Virus record (IMG/VR): IMGVR_UViG_3300028591_000071
Origin: a virus
Lineage: Duplodnaviria; Caudoviricetes
Direction: 5' to 3' (one strand)
Length of the DNA: 64,000 bases
Within the stretch, counting starts at the first letter, position 1, and each line of letters begins with the position of its first letter. A program made the position numbers and the translations under genes. Positions 1 to 10,741 of the stretch are shown in pieces. The notes under the pieces are model-generated. The model was not told the origin of the DNA. It was given only the letters and a program-made list of their open reading frames with translations, and did not search any database.

Positions 1-2
1 GA

Positions 3-3000
3 ATTTGGTCCAAGGCACTTGATGTCACCAATTCTGAGGGAGAAGTTGTTCAAGAAATGCTCAACGGCTACGCATATATGTTTTATGCTACAAGGCCGAT
101 GCCCTATTCAAAGTTTCTCGATTTCTTCAAGAGGGCAGGAGTTCCTGTTTATTCAACAAAAATGAAGAAAAACGAACCCGATTTAACATCAAAGAAACGC
201 GAAAAGTTGTATCTTGCGGTAACACCACAGGAACAGTTTCTTATTTCAACAGGAAAGCGTTTCTTCAAGGGATATGATGATTATGACCAAGTTCTCCGTC
301 TTATATTCGACTTGGAATCCACGGGTCTTAATACAAAGAAAGACCGAATTGAACAGTTCGGTATTAGGTTCAATCGGCCGGTAAAATATCGTGGAGAATA
401 TATAAACTTTGAAAAGATTTATACAACGGAAGGCGAAACCGAGGAAGAAAAGAATGAATCAGAACTTAAAAATATCATAACATTCCTCAAGGTAATCCGT
501 ACTTTTAAGCCCGATGTAATTACGGCCCATAACGGAGAGGCATTCGACTGGAACCTCATTTTCGGCGCGTGTGAGCGTCTTGGGTATGACCTTTCAGAGA
601 TATCTAAGAAGTTTTTTAACGGAAAATCACTATACAAAGACCCCAAGGAGTCAATACTTAAACTCGGCGGGGAAATAGAGACATACAACAGGACGATTGT
701 ACCTAACAGCATAGTAACCGATTCCCTTCACGCCGTAAGGCGTGCTCAGGCGTTGGATTCAAATATGCTGTTCTCAAATTTGAAATATGTGACGAAATAT
801 TCCAAAATCGTCAAGCCTGACCGTGTATATGTTCCGGGTGACCGTATTTCAGAGATTTGGAATGACAAAGAACATCTGTTCGCCTTCAATCAAAAGGATG
901 GAGATTGGTATATCTATGACCCGAATTATATTCCGAATGGAGAATACAAAAGAGGCAAAGACGGAGACTCATTCACGCTTTATACCAAACATATAGTCGA
1001 GGATGATTATATACTTGTGAGCGGAGAATATATCGTTGGCCGTTATCTTCTTGATGACTTGTGGGAGTGCGACAAGGTTGAGCACCGATACAACACTCCG
1101 AACTTCCTGATTTGTAAAATGCTTCCCGTTCCGTTCCAAAGGTGCTGTACGATGGGTACTGCAGGACAGTGGAAGGCGTTGATGCTTGCTTGGAGTTACG
1201 AAAACAATCTTGCGATTCCCCCGTTTGGAGAGAGCAAGACCTTTACGGGCGGACTTTCCCGATTATTGAGGGTAGGATTTGTTGATGATGTAGCAAAATT
1301 TGACTACAACTCACTTTATCCTTCAATCATTCTTACTTGGGGTATCAGCGACCCGAAAGACCTCATGCATACGATGTTGTATTTCCTTGAGCATGTTCTT
1401 ACACAACGAGAGAAGTATAAGAAACTCAAAAAGGCGGCGAGCAAGAAGAAAAATGCTGCCACAACAGCCGAGGATAAGATGAAATATGCTGAAGAGGAAT
1501 CGGCAAATGACAAAAAACAGTTGCCTCTTAAAATCCTCGGTAACTCGTTCTTCGGTTCATACGGAGCGCCGAATGTGTTCCCGTGGGCGTCCATTGACTG
1601 TGCAGAAAGGACTACTTGTACGGGTAGAATGTCATTGAGGTTGATGATTTATTGGTTCAACAATCTTGGTTATCAGCCGATTGTCGGTGATACTGATGGT
1701 TTTAACTTCAAACTTCCATCAACATACAGATATACTGATGAAAACCCGTATATCAGCCCGGGGCTTTCCCGCGAAACAAAAAAAGATGAGAAGTATGTTG
1801 GATTCAAGGCGGATGTTGCAGAATTCAACGACCTGTTCATGTGTGATAAGCACTATACCGATAATGCTGTCAATAAAATGGGACTTGGTATTGATGAAAT
1901 AGTTGCTGCAACCATCAACTTCTCAAGGAAAAACTATGCGGACTACTTCCCTGAAGAAGATTTTCCTAACGACATCAAGATGGTTGGAAACACAATTAAA
2001 TCCAAGAAGATGCCTGAGTATATTGCGAAGTTCCTTGAACGCGGAATACGCCTCCTGGAGCGGAAGAAAGGACAGGACTTCATCAATGAATACTACTCGT
2101 ATATTGATAAGATTTACAATTACCAGATTCCGTTGAAACAGATTGCAACGAAAGGCAAAGTGAAGAAGACGATTGAGGAATATAAGAAAGATTGTGAGAC
2201 CATAACAAAGGCGGGCCGTCCGAAGTCAAGGCAAGCGTGGATGGAACTTGTAATAAAGGAAAATATTGATGTTGCAATGGGTGAGACTGTTTATTATGTG
2301 AATACAGGTAAATCGAAGTCTCAGGCTGATGTGAAGAAAGTAACACACTATTACAAGGATGACGGTCTGTTTGGAGATAAGAAAGATTTCAAGGTAGCAC
2401 TTGAAAAGGAGTGGAAACAAGACACCGTTGACGGAAGACTCGCAGAAGCAAGCAAGAAACTATCTCTTACAGAATGGGTTAAGAGACATCATCCCGAGGT
2501 AAAGGTAGAAGAAGAGATTATCCTTAATTGCAAATTGGTTCCGAGGAACATAATTGATTCCGAAAACGATTATCTGTGTGAGGAAGGAGAAGAGTATAAT
2601 GTGGCAAAGTACATTTCAATGTTCAACAGCCGTATCACTCCTCTTCTCGTATGCTTCCACCCTGATATAAGGAACAAAATCCTCATAACAAACCCGGAGG
2701 ATAAGAGTTACTTCACATATGAGGAATGCGAACTCTGCAGCGGCTTCCCTAACAAGGAAAGCGACCAAGACACATACGAACAGTTGATGACGATGGACGA
2801 TAAGGAAATCCGTTTTTGGAAAAGCCATCCTCAATGGAAAATTCCGTTTCTCAAGGAATGCAATATGGATTGGGATAAGATTGTCGCCGACTATGATGAA
2901 AGAATGAAGCGTGAAAAGGAACTTGGAATAGAACGGATTCGTGAAAAGGTTGAACTTTTCCTCGCAAATATGACACCGGACATGATTGAAGATTTGGAAG

Positions 3001-3164
3001 ATGGAATCTTATCACCTGAGCTTCTTAAAATTGTCGATGTTGACCCGAAGACAGGTAACCTTGTTTCAAAAGAATATCCTGACATTGTTATTGTTCATAT
3101 TTATGACCTTTATGATAAATTGGAAGAGGCCATAGAAGAAGAACAGGCAGAGGATGGGCAATAA
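3..3164 (+). CDS. Family B DNA polymerase (gp43-like), N-terminus lies before the window
   Basis: Exonuclease motifs IFDLESTG and HNGEAFD; polymerase motifs KFDYNSLYPS, KILGNSFFG, GDTDG. The frame is open from nt 3, upstream of the ATG at 57. Confidence 0.95.
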   Translation: MWSKALDVTNSEGEVVQEMLNGYAYMFYATRPMPYSKFLDFFKRAGVPVYSTKMKKNEPDLTSKKREKLYLAVTPQEQFLISTGKRFFKGYDDYDQVLRLIFDLESTGLNTKKDRIEQFGIRFNRPVKYRGEYINFEKIYTTEGETEEEKNESELKNIITFLKVIRTFKPDVITAHNGEAFDWNLIFGACERLGYDLSEISKKFFNGKSLYKDPKESILKLGGEIETYNRTIVPNSIVTDSLHAVRRAQALDSNMLFSNLKYVTKYSKIVKPDRVYVPGDRISEIWNDKEHLFAFNQKDGDWYIYDPNYIPNGEYKRGKDGDSFTLYTKHIVEDDYILVSGEYIVGRYLLDDLWECDKVEHRYNTPNFLICKMLPVPFQRCCTMGTAGQWKALMLAWSYENNLAIPPFGESKTFTGGLSRLLRVGFVDDVAKFDYNSLYPSIILTWGISDPKDLMHTMLYFLEHVLTQREKYKKLKKAASKKKNAATTAEDKMKYAEEESANDKKQLPLKILGNSFFGSYGAPNVFPWASIDCAERTTCTGRMSLRLMIYWFNNLGYQPIVGDTDGFNFKLPSTYRYTDENPYISPGLSRETKKDEKYVGFKADVAEFNDLFMCDKHYTDNAVNKMGLGIDEIVAATINFSRKNYADYFPEEDFPNDIKMVGNTIKSKKMPEYIAKFLERGIRLLERKKGQDFINEYYSYIDKIYNYQIPLKQIATKGKVKKTIEEYKKDCETITKAGRPKSRQAWMELVIKENIDVAMGETVYYVNTGKSKSQADVKKVTHYYKDDGLFGDKKDFKVALEKEWKQDTVDGRLAEASKKLSLTEWVKRHHPEVKVEEEIILNCKLVPRNIIDSENDYLCEEGEEYNVAKYISMFNSRITPLLVCFHPDIRNKILITNPEDKSYFTYEECELCSGFPNKESDQDTYEQLMTMDDKEIRFWKSHPQWKIPFLKECNMDWDKIVADYDERMKREKELGIERIREKVELFLANMTPDMIEDLEDGILSPELLKIVDVDPKTGNLVSKEYPDIVIVHIYDLYDKLEEAIEEEQAEDGQ

Positions 3165-3197
3165 AAGAAAAACGGAGATTTAATCTCCGTTTTTTTC
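3165..3197. terminator. Bidirectional intrinsic terminator between convergent genes
   Basis: AAAAACGGAGATT-T-AATCTCCGTTTTTTT hairpin with A and T tracts. Confidence 0.7.
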
Positions 3198-3821
3198 GTT
3201 TGCGTTACCGACTTTTTGTAAGTTTGCCTTGAATACATTTCCCTTACTATCTACAACTGATATCGTGCCCTTTTGCAGTAGGATTGATTTCAGCGTGTTC
3301 TCGTTTATCGGTTGTCTTTCAAAATATTCTCTTATGCACTCAGAAACAATTGCCTTAATGACACCATAGTCAATACCTGCTCCGCCATATTGAGGATGTT
3401 GATATGATGTTTGCTCAGTTACCTGTTGCTTCCTCCCTCCTGACAATGGCTTTGGCGTTATGTTCATTCCACGAAGGACTGATGCATTTGAATCAAGTGC
3501 CGATACATCAATGCGGTTTTCCAACATTGACTTCTTAATATTATCAGGCATTTCGCTTCTCTCGTATGCAGCATCTGAATAACGGATGTCTCCTGATGGG
3601 TAAGATGGCTCGTTGTTATCGTCATCATATTCTGCGGAATACATTCTATCCCACATGTTAGCATCCTTATCGAAATCTTCAACTCTTGGACCGCCGCCCA
3701 TCATTCCTTCATTGACCCTTCCTCTTGAAACATTCATCTGAGGGGCCCTGTCTTCCATACTGCGAATAGTTTCAGAACTGTTCGCAATAATCTGCGCTAA
3801 TTTATCTTTTGAAATTGGCAT
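3180..3821 (-). CDS. Hypothetical protein, late operon
   Basis: 213-aa ORF in a tightly packed operon; contains VIKAIVSECIREYFE motif. Confidence 0.8.
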   Translation of the reverse strand: MPISKDKLAQIIANSSETIRSMEDRAPQMNVSRGRVNEGMMGGGPRVEDFDKDANMWDRMYSAEYDDDNNEPSYPSGDIRYSDAAYERSEMPDNIKKSMLENRIDVSALDSNASVLRGMNITPKPLSGGRKQQVTEQTSYQHPQYGGAGIDYGVIKAIVSECIREYFERQPINENTLKSILLQKGTISVVDSKGNVFKANLQKVGNANEKNGD

Positions 3822-3822
3822 A

Positions 3823-4668
3823 TTAATCCTCTTCTTTTTCGTCTTCGTCGTTATATAAATTGTCCATCCTGTTCATCATATCGTTGAACTTTGATGTAAC
3901 CTCTTCCTTATTTTCCGTCCCGTTCTTAATATCTTCCTTGCTCACAGGCTCTGTCTTCGCCGTTAGTTTTTCAGCTTCGCCATTGTCTGTTTTCTGAACA
4001 GGTGGTTGATTGCCCGTAATCTTCTCCTTTGAAATCGGTTTGGTTTCAGGTGCAGTCATCTTATTATCAATGTAAGCAGGTTTGTTCGTATTGTCAACAT
4101 TTCCGCTCCTTGAATTTGCTGCTGATGTAAAATTTTCTCCGTTATTCGTGTTTGGAACCTGGCTCTTCTGAGTAGGGGCGACATCAGTTTTTGAAAGAGG
4201 ACCCTGCGTGATTGGATTTGTTTCGGTTGCCACCTGCACATCATCATCCGCAAACGGAGTTATAGCAAACAACTTTGTCATTCCCTTATCACCGTGGGTG
4301 TTAAGCCCAAGATTGACTAGGGCATCTCTATAATCCTTGAACGATTTTGTTCCGTTCGCCCAAGAATATATGTTATCAACAAGGAATAGTTTCCATTTAG
4401 GTATTTTCCTCGGATTAGGTGGATTTGTCAAACCTCGTTTGCTTGAACCCGCAGTTTGATATGCCCTGACAGCCTTTTTACCGGATTTAGTTAAGCCGAA
4501 AGCGACGGGAAGGATATAACGCTCGTTTTTACCCTTTCCGCCCTTCTTGTCGTTGTATGAAATCCTGACCCTTAAAACATTGTTGATGGCTTTCTTGATG
4601 TCATCATCTCTGTTGGCCTTTATTTCATTCAGTAACGATTCTTTAACTATGTTTCCGAATAACGCCAT
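3823..4668 (-). CDS. WYL-domain-like protein with low-complexity C-terminus
   Basis: VRISY...ERYILPVAFG...VRAYQ...WKLFLVDNI matches the WYL pattern. Confidence 0.6.
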   Translation of the reverse strand: MALFGNIVKESLLNEIKANRDDDIKKAINNVLRVRISYNDKKGGKGKNERYILPVAFGLTKSGKKAVRAYQTAGSSKRGLTNPPNPRKIPKWKLFLVDNIYSWANGTKSFKDYRDALVNLGLNTHGDKGMTKLFAITPFADDDVQVATETNPITQGPLSKTDVAPTQKSQVPNTNNGENFTSAANSRSGNVDNTNKPAYIDNKMTAPETKPISKEKITGNQPPVQKTDNGEAEKLTAKTEPVSKEDIKNGTENKEEVTSKFNDMMNRMDNLYNDEDEKEED

Positions 4669-5039
4669 TATACCCTAATCTGTCCGTCAGCAACATTAAG
4701 AGATGTATCTACGAGGTGTGCGCCATACTCGAATTCTTCGTTATAAACAGAAATGTTTTTCAAGAATATGCGTCCACCAATGCCATTTCTTCCTTCAATA
4801 TCATAAAGACCACCACCGTTATCTGATGTGTCGAAATTTGAGTAATCTATTGAAGATGGCTTGTTACAGTCAGGAACTGAATGCGTGTGTCCTCCGTGTC
4901 CTGTTCCCTTACCCTGAGGGTCGCCTGTTGCCAATGCATCAGGATGTACGGCTGAATATTCATCAACCCTGGTGTAATCGTTTCTTACAAGAGCTTCGTT
5001 TCTTGCTTCAATACCTTTCTTTTCAAGACATGTTTGCAT
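4668..5039 (-). CDS. Hypothetical, probably virion protein
   Basis: 123-aa Gly/Asp-rich ORF; its stop overlaps the next gene's start. Confidence 0.75.
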   Translation of the reverse strand: MQTCLEKKGIEARNEALVRNDYTRVDEYSAVHPDALATGDPQGKGTGHGGHTHSVPDCNKPSSIDYSNFDTSDNGGGLYDIEGRNGIGGRIFLKNISVYNEEFEYGAHLVDTSLNVADGQIRV

Positions 5040-5061
5040 AATATTTTATGTTTTTTAATCC

Positions 5062-5685
5062 TTATTGATTTAGGAAAACTCCACCGTCGGCCTTTGGAAG
5101 CCCATTCGCTGAAGATGCTCTCTTCATTCCTTCGGGTTTGTTATCCATTACGCTTTTATCGTTTGCTTTCGCAGCATTGTATTGTTTTTCTGCAGTATCA
5201 ATGCTGTTCCAGTTATTTTTCATTCTATTGACGGTATTTAGAGCCTTTTGTTTTATTTCAGGAGTTCCACCTGTAATAGCCGTCTTCTCTGCTGCGCGTT
5301 TCCTGCACAATGCGGTCTTTGTTGCTCCGTATGATTTGCCATCCTTTCCGCCGAAATTCAGGTTCTTTAGTCTTGCGTTACCATGTTCTTTCTCTTCACC
5401 GAGATATTCTTTATCCCAATCACGTTTTGACATTTCCCTGACGGTTATAGGCCCCATTCCATGAAGTTTTGCATTACCACGCCAGTTGTTCGTCATATCA
5501 TGTGAATAGTCATCGGTAGTTGTCGGCTGTGCATAATCGTTGTCCATACCGCCATCAGAACTTACCTCTGTGGAGAATATATCGCCCATGTCGGGTTTCA
5601 TTGCAAGCCCGTCAAGATATGAGCAGTCCCCTCCACAAATTTCGTCGAGTTGTTTCTGTGACAATATGATGGTTTTTTTACTCAT
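5062..5685 (-). CDS. Hypothetical protein with N-terminal KKTIILSQKQLDEI motif
   Basis: 207-aa ORF, translationally coupled to the upstream gene. Confidence 0.8.
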   Translation of the reverse strand: MSKKTIILSQKQLDEICGGDCSYLDGLAMKPDMGDIFSTEVSSDGGMDNDYAQPTTTDDYSHDMTNNWRGNAKLHGMGPITVREMSKRDWDKEYLGEEKEHGNARLKNLNFGGKDGKSYGATKTALCRKRAAEKTAITGGTPEIKQKALNTVNRMKNNWNSIDTAEKQYNAAKANDKSVMDNKPEGMKRASSANGLPKADGGVFLNQ

Positions 5686-6056
5686 TAGTCCTGTGTTGCT
5701 CTATATTTGTACTTATTGCAGCATTCAAGCATTTCATCAAGAATGTTCGTTAACCCTCCTTCCTCTTCTGAACTTGCTGATTTCTTCATGTTAAGGACAT
5801 CTTTTTCAAATTCCTTTAGCATTGGAATCAACTCCTTTGAATTTGGAAGCATCGGTAATAGTTTTCCAAGAGGAAAATGCTCGCCAGACATTCCCATACA
5901 GCATTCCATAAAGCGGTCTTCGCATTCGTGAATGCTATCCTCAATCTCATCACAGAGTTTATGTTCGGCATTGCTCTTTGTGTTCCAATGTATCTCCTTG
6001 ACCCTGATTAGGTAGCCGTGAAGATTGCACGCAAAATTTATATACTCGCTTTTCAT
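5685..6056 (-). CDS. Ferritin/Dps-like phage protein (DUF5856-type)
   Basis: IHWNT...EHKLCDEI...DRFME helical bundle pattern; late motif at 6083-6090. Confidence 0.65.
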   Translation of the reverse strand: MKSEYINFACNLHGYLIRVKEIHWNTKSNAEHKLCDEIEDSIHECEDRFMECCMGMSGEHFPLGKLLPMLPNSKELIPMLKEFEKDVLNMKKSASSEEEGGLTNILDEMLECCNKYKYRATQD

Positions 6057-6090
6057 AACCTACATTTTACATTTTTACAAATATAAATAG

Positions 6091-6119
6091 TTGACAAAGC
6101 AAGTTTTTGCCGTTATATT
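6091..6119 (+). promoter_or_regulatory. Sigma70-like promoter TTGACA-N17-TATATT, back-to-back with a late promoter
   Basis: TTGACA 6091-6096, TATATT 6114-6119. Confidence 0.55.
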
Positions 6120-6153
6120 GATTTCAAATAAGAGTTTCAAAAAACTAAATCAA

Positions 6154-6852
6154 ATGAAAGAGAATTTTATCCATGTTTGCTTCGTGATTGACGAGTCGGG
6201 AAGCATGACCGGGACAGAATCCGATGTTATAGGCGGTTTCAAGAAAGTAGTTGACGAGCAAAAAGCAAACTCCGCAGGAACATGTTCAGTTTCTTATTAT
6301 ACCTTTGACAGCAAGGTAAAACAACTTTATTTAGGAAAAGACATCAATGATGTTGAGTACATTGACGGAAAATACAATCCAGGAGGATGCACCGCATTGT
6401 TTGATGCCGTAGGAACGGCAATCGATGAGGTTGGTAAATGGCTCGACGCAATGAAGGAAGAGGATAAACCAGAAAAAAATCTCATCGTAATCATGACTGA
6501 CGGCGGGGAAAATTCATCCGTAGAGTACAGTGCGTCAAAGGTTAAGGAAATGATTAAGCACCAGGAAGATAAATATAATTGGTCATTTGTTTATATGGGT
6601 AGTGACCTTACGGATGCAACAGACGCAAATACACTTGGATTTTCAGTCAGAGCATATTCAAACAAAGCTGACTATATGAAGAATTATGAAATCATAAATA
6701 GTGCCGTTAGTGGATATAGAGGGGCATGCGGTCCTGCAGGTGCAAAGGGTGCAGTACTTAATGATGTGCTGACAGCACAAGCGACAATGCTAACGGAAGA
6801 ATATGCTTCAGACCTTGGAATAAATGCGGACGACCTTCTAAAACAAGCATAA
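6154..6852 (+). CDS. von Willebrand factor A domain protein
   Basis: MIDAS motif DESGSM, TALFDAVG, IMTDGGENSS; ATG 6154 preferred over TTG 6091, which lies in the promoter. Confidence 0.9.
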   Translation: MKENFIHVCFVIDESGSMTGTESDVIGGFKKVVDEQKANSAGTCSVSYYTFDSKVKQLYLGKDINDVEYIDGKYNPGGCTALFDAVGTAIDEVGKWLDAMKEEDKPEKNLIVIMTDGGENSSVEYSASKVKEMIKHQEDKYNWSFVYMGSDLTDATDANTLGFSVRAYSNKADYMKNYEIINSAVSGYRGACGPAGAKGAVLNDVLTAQATMLTEEYASDLGINADDLLKQA

Positions 6853-6871
6853 GATAAAAAAACAATATAAG

Positions 6872-8107
6872 ATGGCAGATAAGAAGATAAAAGTTTTAGT
6901 TGTCCCATCAGACACGTTCGGTGTGGGGTTATATAGGTCGGTTAGCCCTCACACCCAACTTGACAAGTTATATGGCGATGATTTTGATGTTGAGATAAAT
7001 TATAATCCACCATGGTCAAATCATGAGTTCTTCGATAAATATGACATAATCCATATCCACAAAGGACTTTATGAGAACATGGAGGCGTTTTGGGCTTTCT
7101 TGGCGTATTGCAAGGAACATAACATAACCACCGTCATGGATATTGATGATAATTGGGATGTTGGGCCTCAACACCCTCTTTATGTTACGAACAAAGCAAT
7201 GAAGGTTCCTGAGAAGATTATTGAGAACATCAAGAAATTTGACTATGTTACGACCACAACTGAGATATTCGCCAACAAGATAAGGAAATATAATCAGAAT
7301 GTGTTAGTTTTTCCTAATGCAATAGACCCCGAAGAAGGCCAATATCAGCCAATCAAGAACCCTTCAGATAGGATTCGTTTCGGTTTCGTCATGGGTTCGG
7401 CACATGAAAAGGATATGCAACAAATCAAGGGTGTATTTGATTCACTACCACCTGATGTAATGAATAAGATACAGGTAGTACTTTGCGGATACGACCTTCG
7501 CGGAACAGTTAATATCGTAGATAAACAGGGTAACATGGTCGGTCAACGTCCAATTAAGCCCGAAGAGTCCGTTTGGCACACATACGAGAAGATTGTCACA
7601 GGAGACTACAAGATATGTTCAGAGCCATACAAAGAGTTCCTTCACAAGTTCATCAAAGGCGTTCAGTGGCCAAACGCAGCAAACGAGATGTACAGGAGAG
7701 AATGGACAAAGGATGTAACAAACTTTGCAGAACATTATAGGAACATTGATGTTCTCCTCGCGCCACTTGACTGCAACCCATTTAACGAAGTTAAATCTGA
7801 GTTGAAATTCGTTGAAGCGGGATTTACCAAGACTGCGTTGATTTGCAGTAATTTTGGCCCTTACACAATATGCAGTAAGCCGCTTATAAAGTTCGGCGGA
7901 GAGATTGACCCTGAAGGTAATTGCTTGCTTGTGGATGATTCAAAAAAACATAAACTTTGGAAAAAATACATTTTGAAGTTGGTTGAACATCCAGAATATA
8001 TTGACATATTAAAGGAAAACCTCTATAATACAGTAAAAGATAAGTACGACATAAGGAATGTAACCAAGTTACGCGCTGAGTGGTATAAGTCTATTTGTAA
8101 AAAGTAA
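6872..8107 (+). CDS. GT-B fold glycosyltransferase (GT4-like)
   Basis: MDIDDNW, VFPNAID, DVLLAPL...FNEVKSELKFVEAG motifs. Confidence 0.85.
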   Translation: MADKKIKVLVVPSDTFGVGLYRSVSPHTQLDKLYGDDFDVEINYNPPWSNHEFFDKYDIIHIHKGLYENMEAFWAFLAYCKEHNITTVMDIDDNWDVGPQHPLYVTNKAMKVPEKIIENIKKFDYVTTTTEIFANKIRKYNQNVLVFPNAIDPEEGQYQPIKNPSDRIRFGFVMGSAHEKDMQQIKGVFDSLPPDVMNKIQVVLCGYDLRGTVNIVDKQGNMVGQRPIKPEESVWHTYEKIVTGDYKICSEPYKEFLHKFIKGVQWPNAANEMYRREWTKDVTNFAEHYRNIDVLLAPLDCNPFNEVKSELKFVEAGFTKTALICSNFGPYTICSKPLIKFGGEIDPEGNCLLVDDSKKHKLWKKYILKLVEHPEYIDILKENLYNTVKDKYDIRNVTKLRAEWYKSICKK

Positions 8108-8128
8108 GTCATAATGTTTTAGTTTTTG

Positions 8129-8159
8129 TCCCGCATGTGTCAGTCATGCGGGATTTTTT
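8129..8159 (+). terminator. Intrinsic terminator
   Basis: TCCCGCATG-N7-CATGCGGGA followed by T6. Confidence 0.75.
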
Positions 8160-8197
8160 GTGCTGTTAGGTGCTATTTATAAAGAAAAAACTGCATT

Positions 8198-8755
8198 ATG
8201 AATCATCTTGACAATTATGACTACGGGTCAATAACAGGATTCGTTTCAACAACGAAACAGATAAACAATCATATGGACGCCTTCAGGGAGGCAAACAAAG
8301 CGGCTCTTGATAGAAATACTGCTGCAATCAACCATCAGACAGATGTGTTGGAGCGTGTTTTCACCGAGCATACCAATAGGACTGAGGCAATCATCTCTGC
8401 ACAGACCGTAAATCAAAACATTCAGGCCGAGAAGACGAGAACAAACTTCACCACGCTCTTCCATAAGTTGATAGATACCGTCAAGGGTATATTCAGCAAG
8501 GACAAGACCGACGAGGTAAGCGGAACCACCACATTCTATGAAATGGTTCAGGCAGAGAACGACCAGACTCAGGCTTACATGAGCGGACAGACATCAACCC
8601 TTAACGCCGCACTTAACAACATAAAGTCACAACTTGAAAATGTTAAGCGGGCGATTGACCAAAATACAAGTGGAGATTCAGTTAATACTGATATAATCAA
8701 AAGGGCTATTGATGGCGTTGTAATCAATATCGAAAACAATTACCACAATATTTAA
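8198..8755 (+). CDS. Hypothetical coiled-coil protein, late-type promoter
   Basis: 185-aa helical ORF; CTATTTATA at 8173; terminator at 8778-8804. Confidence 0.8.
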   Translation: MNHLDNYDYGSITGFVSTTKQINNHMDAFREANKAALDRNTAAINHQTDVLERVFTEHTNRTEAIISAQTVNQNIQAEKTRTNFTTLFHKLIDTVKGIFSKDKTDEVSGTTTFYEMVQAENDQTQAYMSGQTSTLNAALNNIKSQLENVKRAIDQNTSGDSVNTDIIKRAIDGVVINIENNYHNI

Positions 8756-8853
8756 TACCATAAACACAACACTTCATCCCGCCATTAAAAATGGCGGGTT
8801 TTTTGTTTTATCGGCATTTTTTTGTATATTTTACATAAAGACAATATTGCATT

Positions 8854-9432
8854 ATGAACCAACTTTCACAAACACAGGCGAATGTAGAATGGACGAAATT
8901 CTACGGAAAATTTGATGAACTTGGCTTAACCAAGTTTTATGATATGGATAAACTGCAGGAGGAAATGATTGAATCTCCCTGCACTACAAACGAAGATGCG
9001 GGAACCGCTTATAAGGGTGCTCTTCTCATGCACATTATTATGGTAATGGGTCTTTCTCAGCGTATTGCAAAGATGATTTCAGGAACATTCTCAATTGACG
9101 AAAATTCGCTGATGAAGGTATGTATGCTCATGCATCTTTCAAAGCGCCACATGTTCGAGGAATCGACGAATGATTGGGATATCAAAAGAGGTTATCCGTT
9201 CAAGTTCAAGGAAACGGGAGGAGTACTCAGTACGGGAGAAAGAAGTATTCTTGAAGCGATGAACAACGGTGTTAAATTCACACAGGAAGAGTTTGAAGCG
9301 ATGCGTGCGATGGATAACGACGATGCTTCAAAGAAACCGTTCCAAGGAATTATGACAACCGTTATCCGTCAGGCGAATGAACTCGCATATTCAATCGAAA
9401 AGGAAAGATATAAGAAGATAAAGAATCAGTAA
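8854..9432 (+). CDS. HD-domain-like protein with degenerate HD motif
   Basis: AYKGALLMH...CMLMHLS...TGERS pattern typical of phage HD proteins, but HD is replaced by HL. Confidence 0.6.
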   Translation: MNQLSQTQANVEWTKFYGKFDELGLTKFYDMDKLQEEMIESPCTTNEDAGTAYKGALLMHIIMVMGLSQRIAKMISGTFSIDENSLMKVCMLMHLSKRHMFEESTNDWDIKRGYPFKFKETGGVLSTGERSILEAMNNGVKFTQEEFEAMRAMDNDDASKKPFQGIMTTVIRQANELAYSIEKERYKKIKNQ

Positions 9433-9932
9433 TGAAAGTTAAATTCAAGAAATTAAGGGAGAATGCTAAACTCCCAACCAAGGCACACGATGATGATTTC
9501 TGTTATGATGTATATGCTTGTGACTGTGAGGAAGTAGCACCGAATGTCTATAAGTATCCGCTCGGTTTCGCATTACAGATTGATGAAGATGAAAGAATGT
9601 CATTTCCGGAAGGAATACCTCATCTAACTAAGGAAATATGCATAAACATGAGCCATAGGGCAATCCTTTCCATTGATTTCCGTCCGAGAAGTTCAGTGTG
9701 GAAGACAGGAATGGTTCTCTGCAACTCTTGCGGAACCGTTGACAGGGGATATACCGGAGAGGTTTGCGCATTTTTCTATCATGTAATGCCCGATATGCCA
9801 AAATATGAAGTTGGCGACAGGGTGGCACAGATGAAGATTGGATTCACCGTGCCGATTGAATTTGTTGAGGTTGAAGAACTTGATGAAACAGAACGCGGAG
9901 ACGGAGGATTTGGAAGCACGGGTAAGAAATAA
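9432..9932 (+). CDS. dut: dUTPase (trimeric)
   Basis: RPRSS, GTVDRGYTGE, GDRVAQ, RGDGGFGSTG motifs. Confidence 0.95.
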   Translation: MKVKFKKLRENAKLPTKAHDDDFCYDVYACDCEEVAPNVYKYPLGFALQIDEDERMSFPEGIPHLTKEICINMSHRAILSIDFRPRSSVWKTGMVLCNSCGTVDRGYTGEVCAFFYHVMPDMPKYEVGDRVAQMKIGFTVPIEFVEVEELDETERGDGGFGSTGKK

Positions 9933-10067
9933 AAACGGAGCAGTTATCTGCCCCGTTTTTTTTTGGAACTATATACCTGTTGTCCACAAAAGTAATGTAA
10001 CTAATTGAAAATAATACAAAAAAGTCCGGAATTATCCCTTTTAGTGTTGCAAGAATTATGGATTTTT

Positions 10068-10150
10068 ATGGATGAATTTTGTTTCCGCATGAACCATCGC
10101 AAGGTTGAGGACGGATTTGCAAGCCTTATGAGATTGTCTGTTGTGGTAAA
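10068..10150 (+). pseudogene. IS1595 transposase C-terminal remnant
   Basis: MDEFCFRMNHRKVEDGFASLMRLSV resembles the IS1595 YLDEFxFRxNxR signature. Confidence 0.7.
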
Positions 10151-10285
10151 AATAAAAAACCCCACATTATATAGGGCGCGAATACGCCCGCCAATAATAG
10201 GGGTATATGCAAATATACTATAAATATTCCTTATTTCCAAATAATTCAAAAAAAAAAGGAACTATTTATAGATAAATGCAAATAT

Positions 10286-10741
10286 ATGATTAACCCTTCA
10301 GAAACAGATACAGTATCTGCCAATTTTATCATAAAAGACCCTCGTAATGACATCCCACAGAATATTAGTGGAGATAAGATTGCCATGCCTGCCACATCCT
10401 CAAATTATGGTGCAGACTATGTTTCAGAATGTAAACAAACAATCCAACTTAATGAATCTGACTTAAGAATGATGGTTCAAGAATGTGTAAGAAGAATTAT
10501 AACTGAAGAATCATACAAGCCTATAGCACACAATAAAACTATCAAACTACCCAATGGTGTGGAGGTAAAGTCTTTAGTTACTTTATCTGACGGTGCTGGT
10601 AGGTTTGATATTTATGAGGATGATGGCTGTTATGTGGTGAGAAACAGGAATCGTGATGGAGACAAAGACAGCCATCCGTGGTACATCTTTCCTGAACTAC
10701 TGTCTGCACTTAAGAAACTACCTAATCTTCCACTACGGTAG
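10286..10741 (+). CDS. Hypothetical passenger protein with LNESDLRMMVQECVRRII motif
   Basis: 151-aa ORF; late motif CTATTTATA at 10262. Confidence 0.75.
   Translation: MINPSETDTVSANFIIKDPRNDIPQNISGDKIAMPATSSNYGADYVSECKQTIQLNESDLRMMVQECVRRIITEESYKPIAHNKTIKLPNGVEVKSLVTLSDGAGRFDIYEDDGCYVVRNRNRDGDKDSHPWYIFPELLSALKKLPNLPLR

Noticed and set aside
57-3164. Intein or intron in the DNA polymerase
   Set aside because: The ORF is continuous, with no recognisable intein splice motifs or LAGLIDADG blocks.
10001-10249. ORFs 10005-10223 (+) and 10001-10249 (-) as functional genes
   Set aside because: They have non-ATG starts; the plus-strand frame is best explained as a deletion junction containing a transposase tail.
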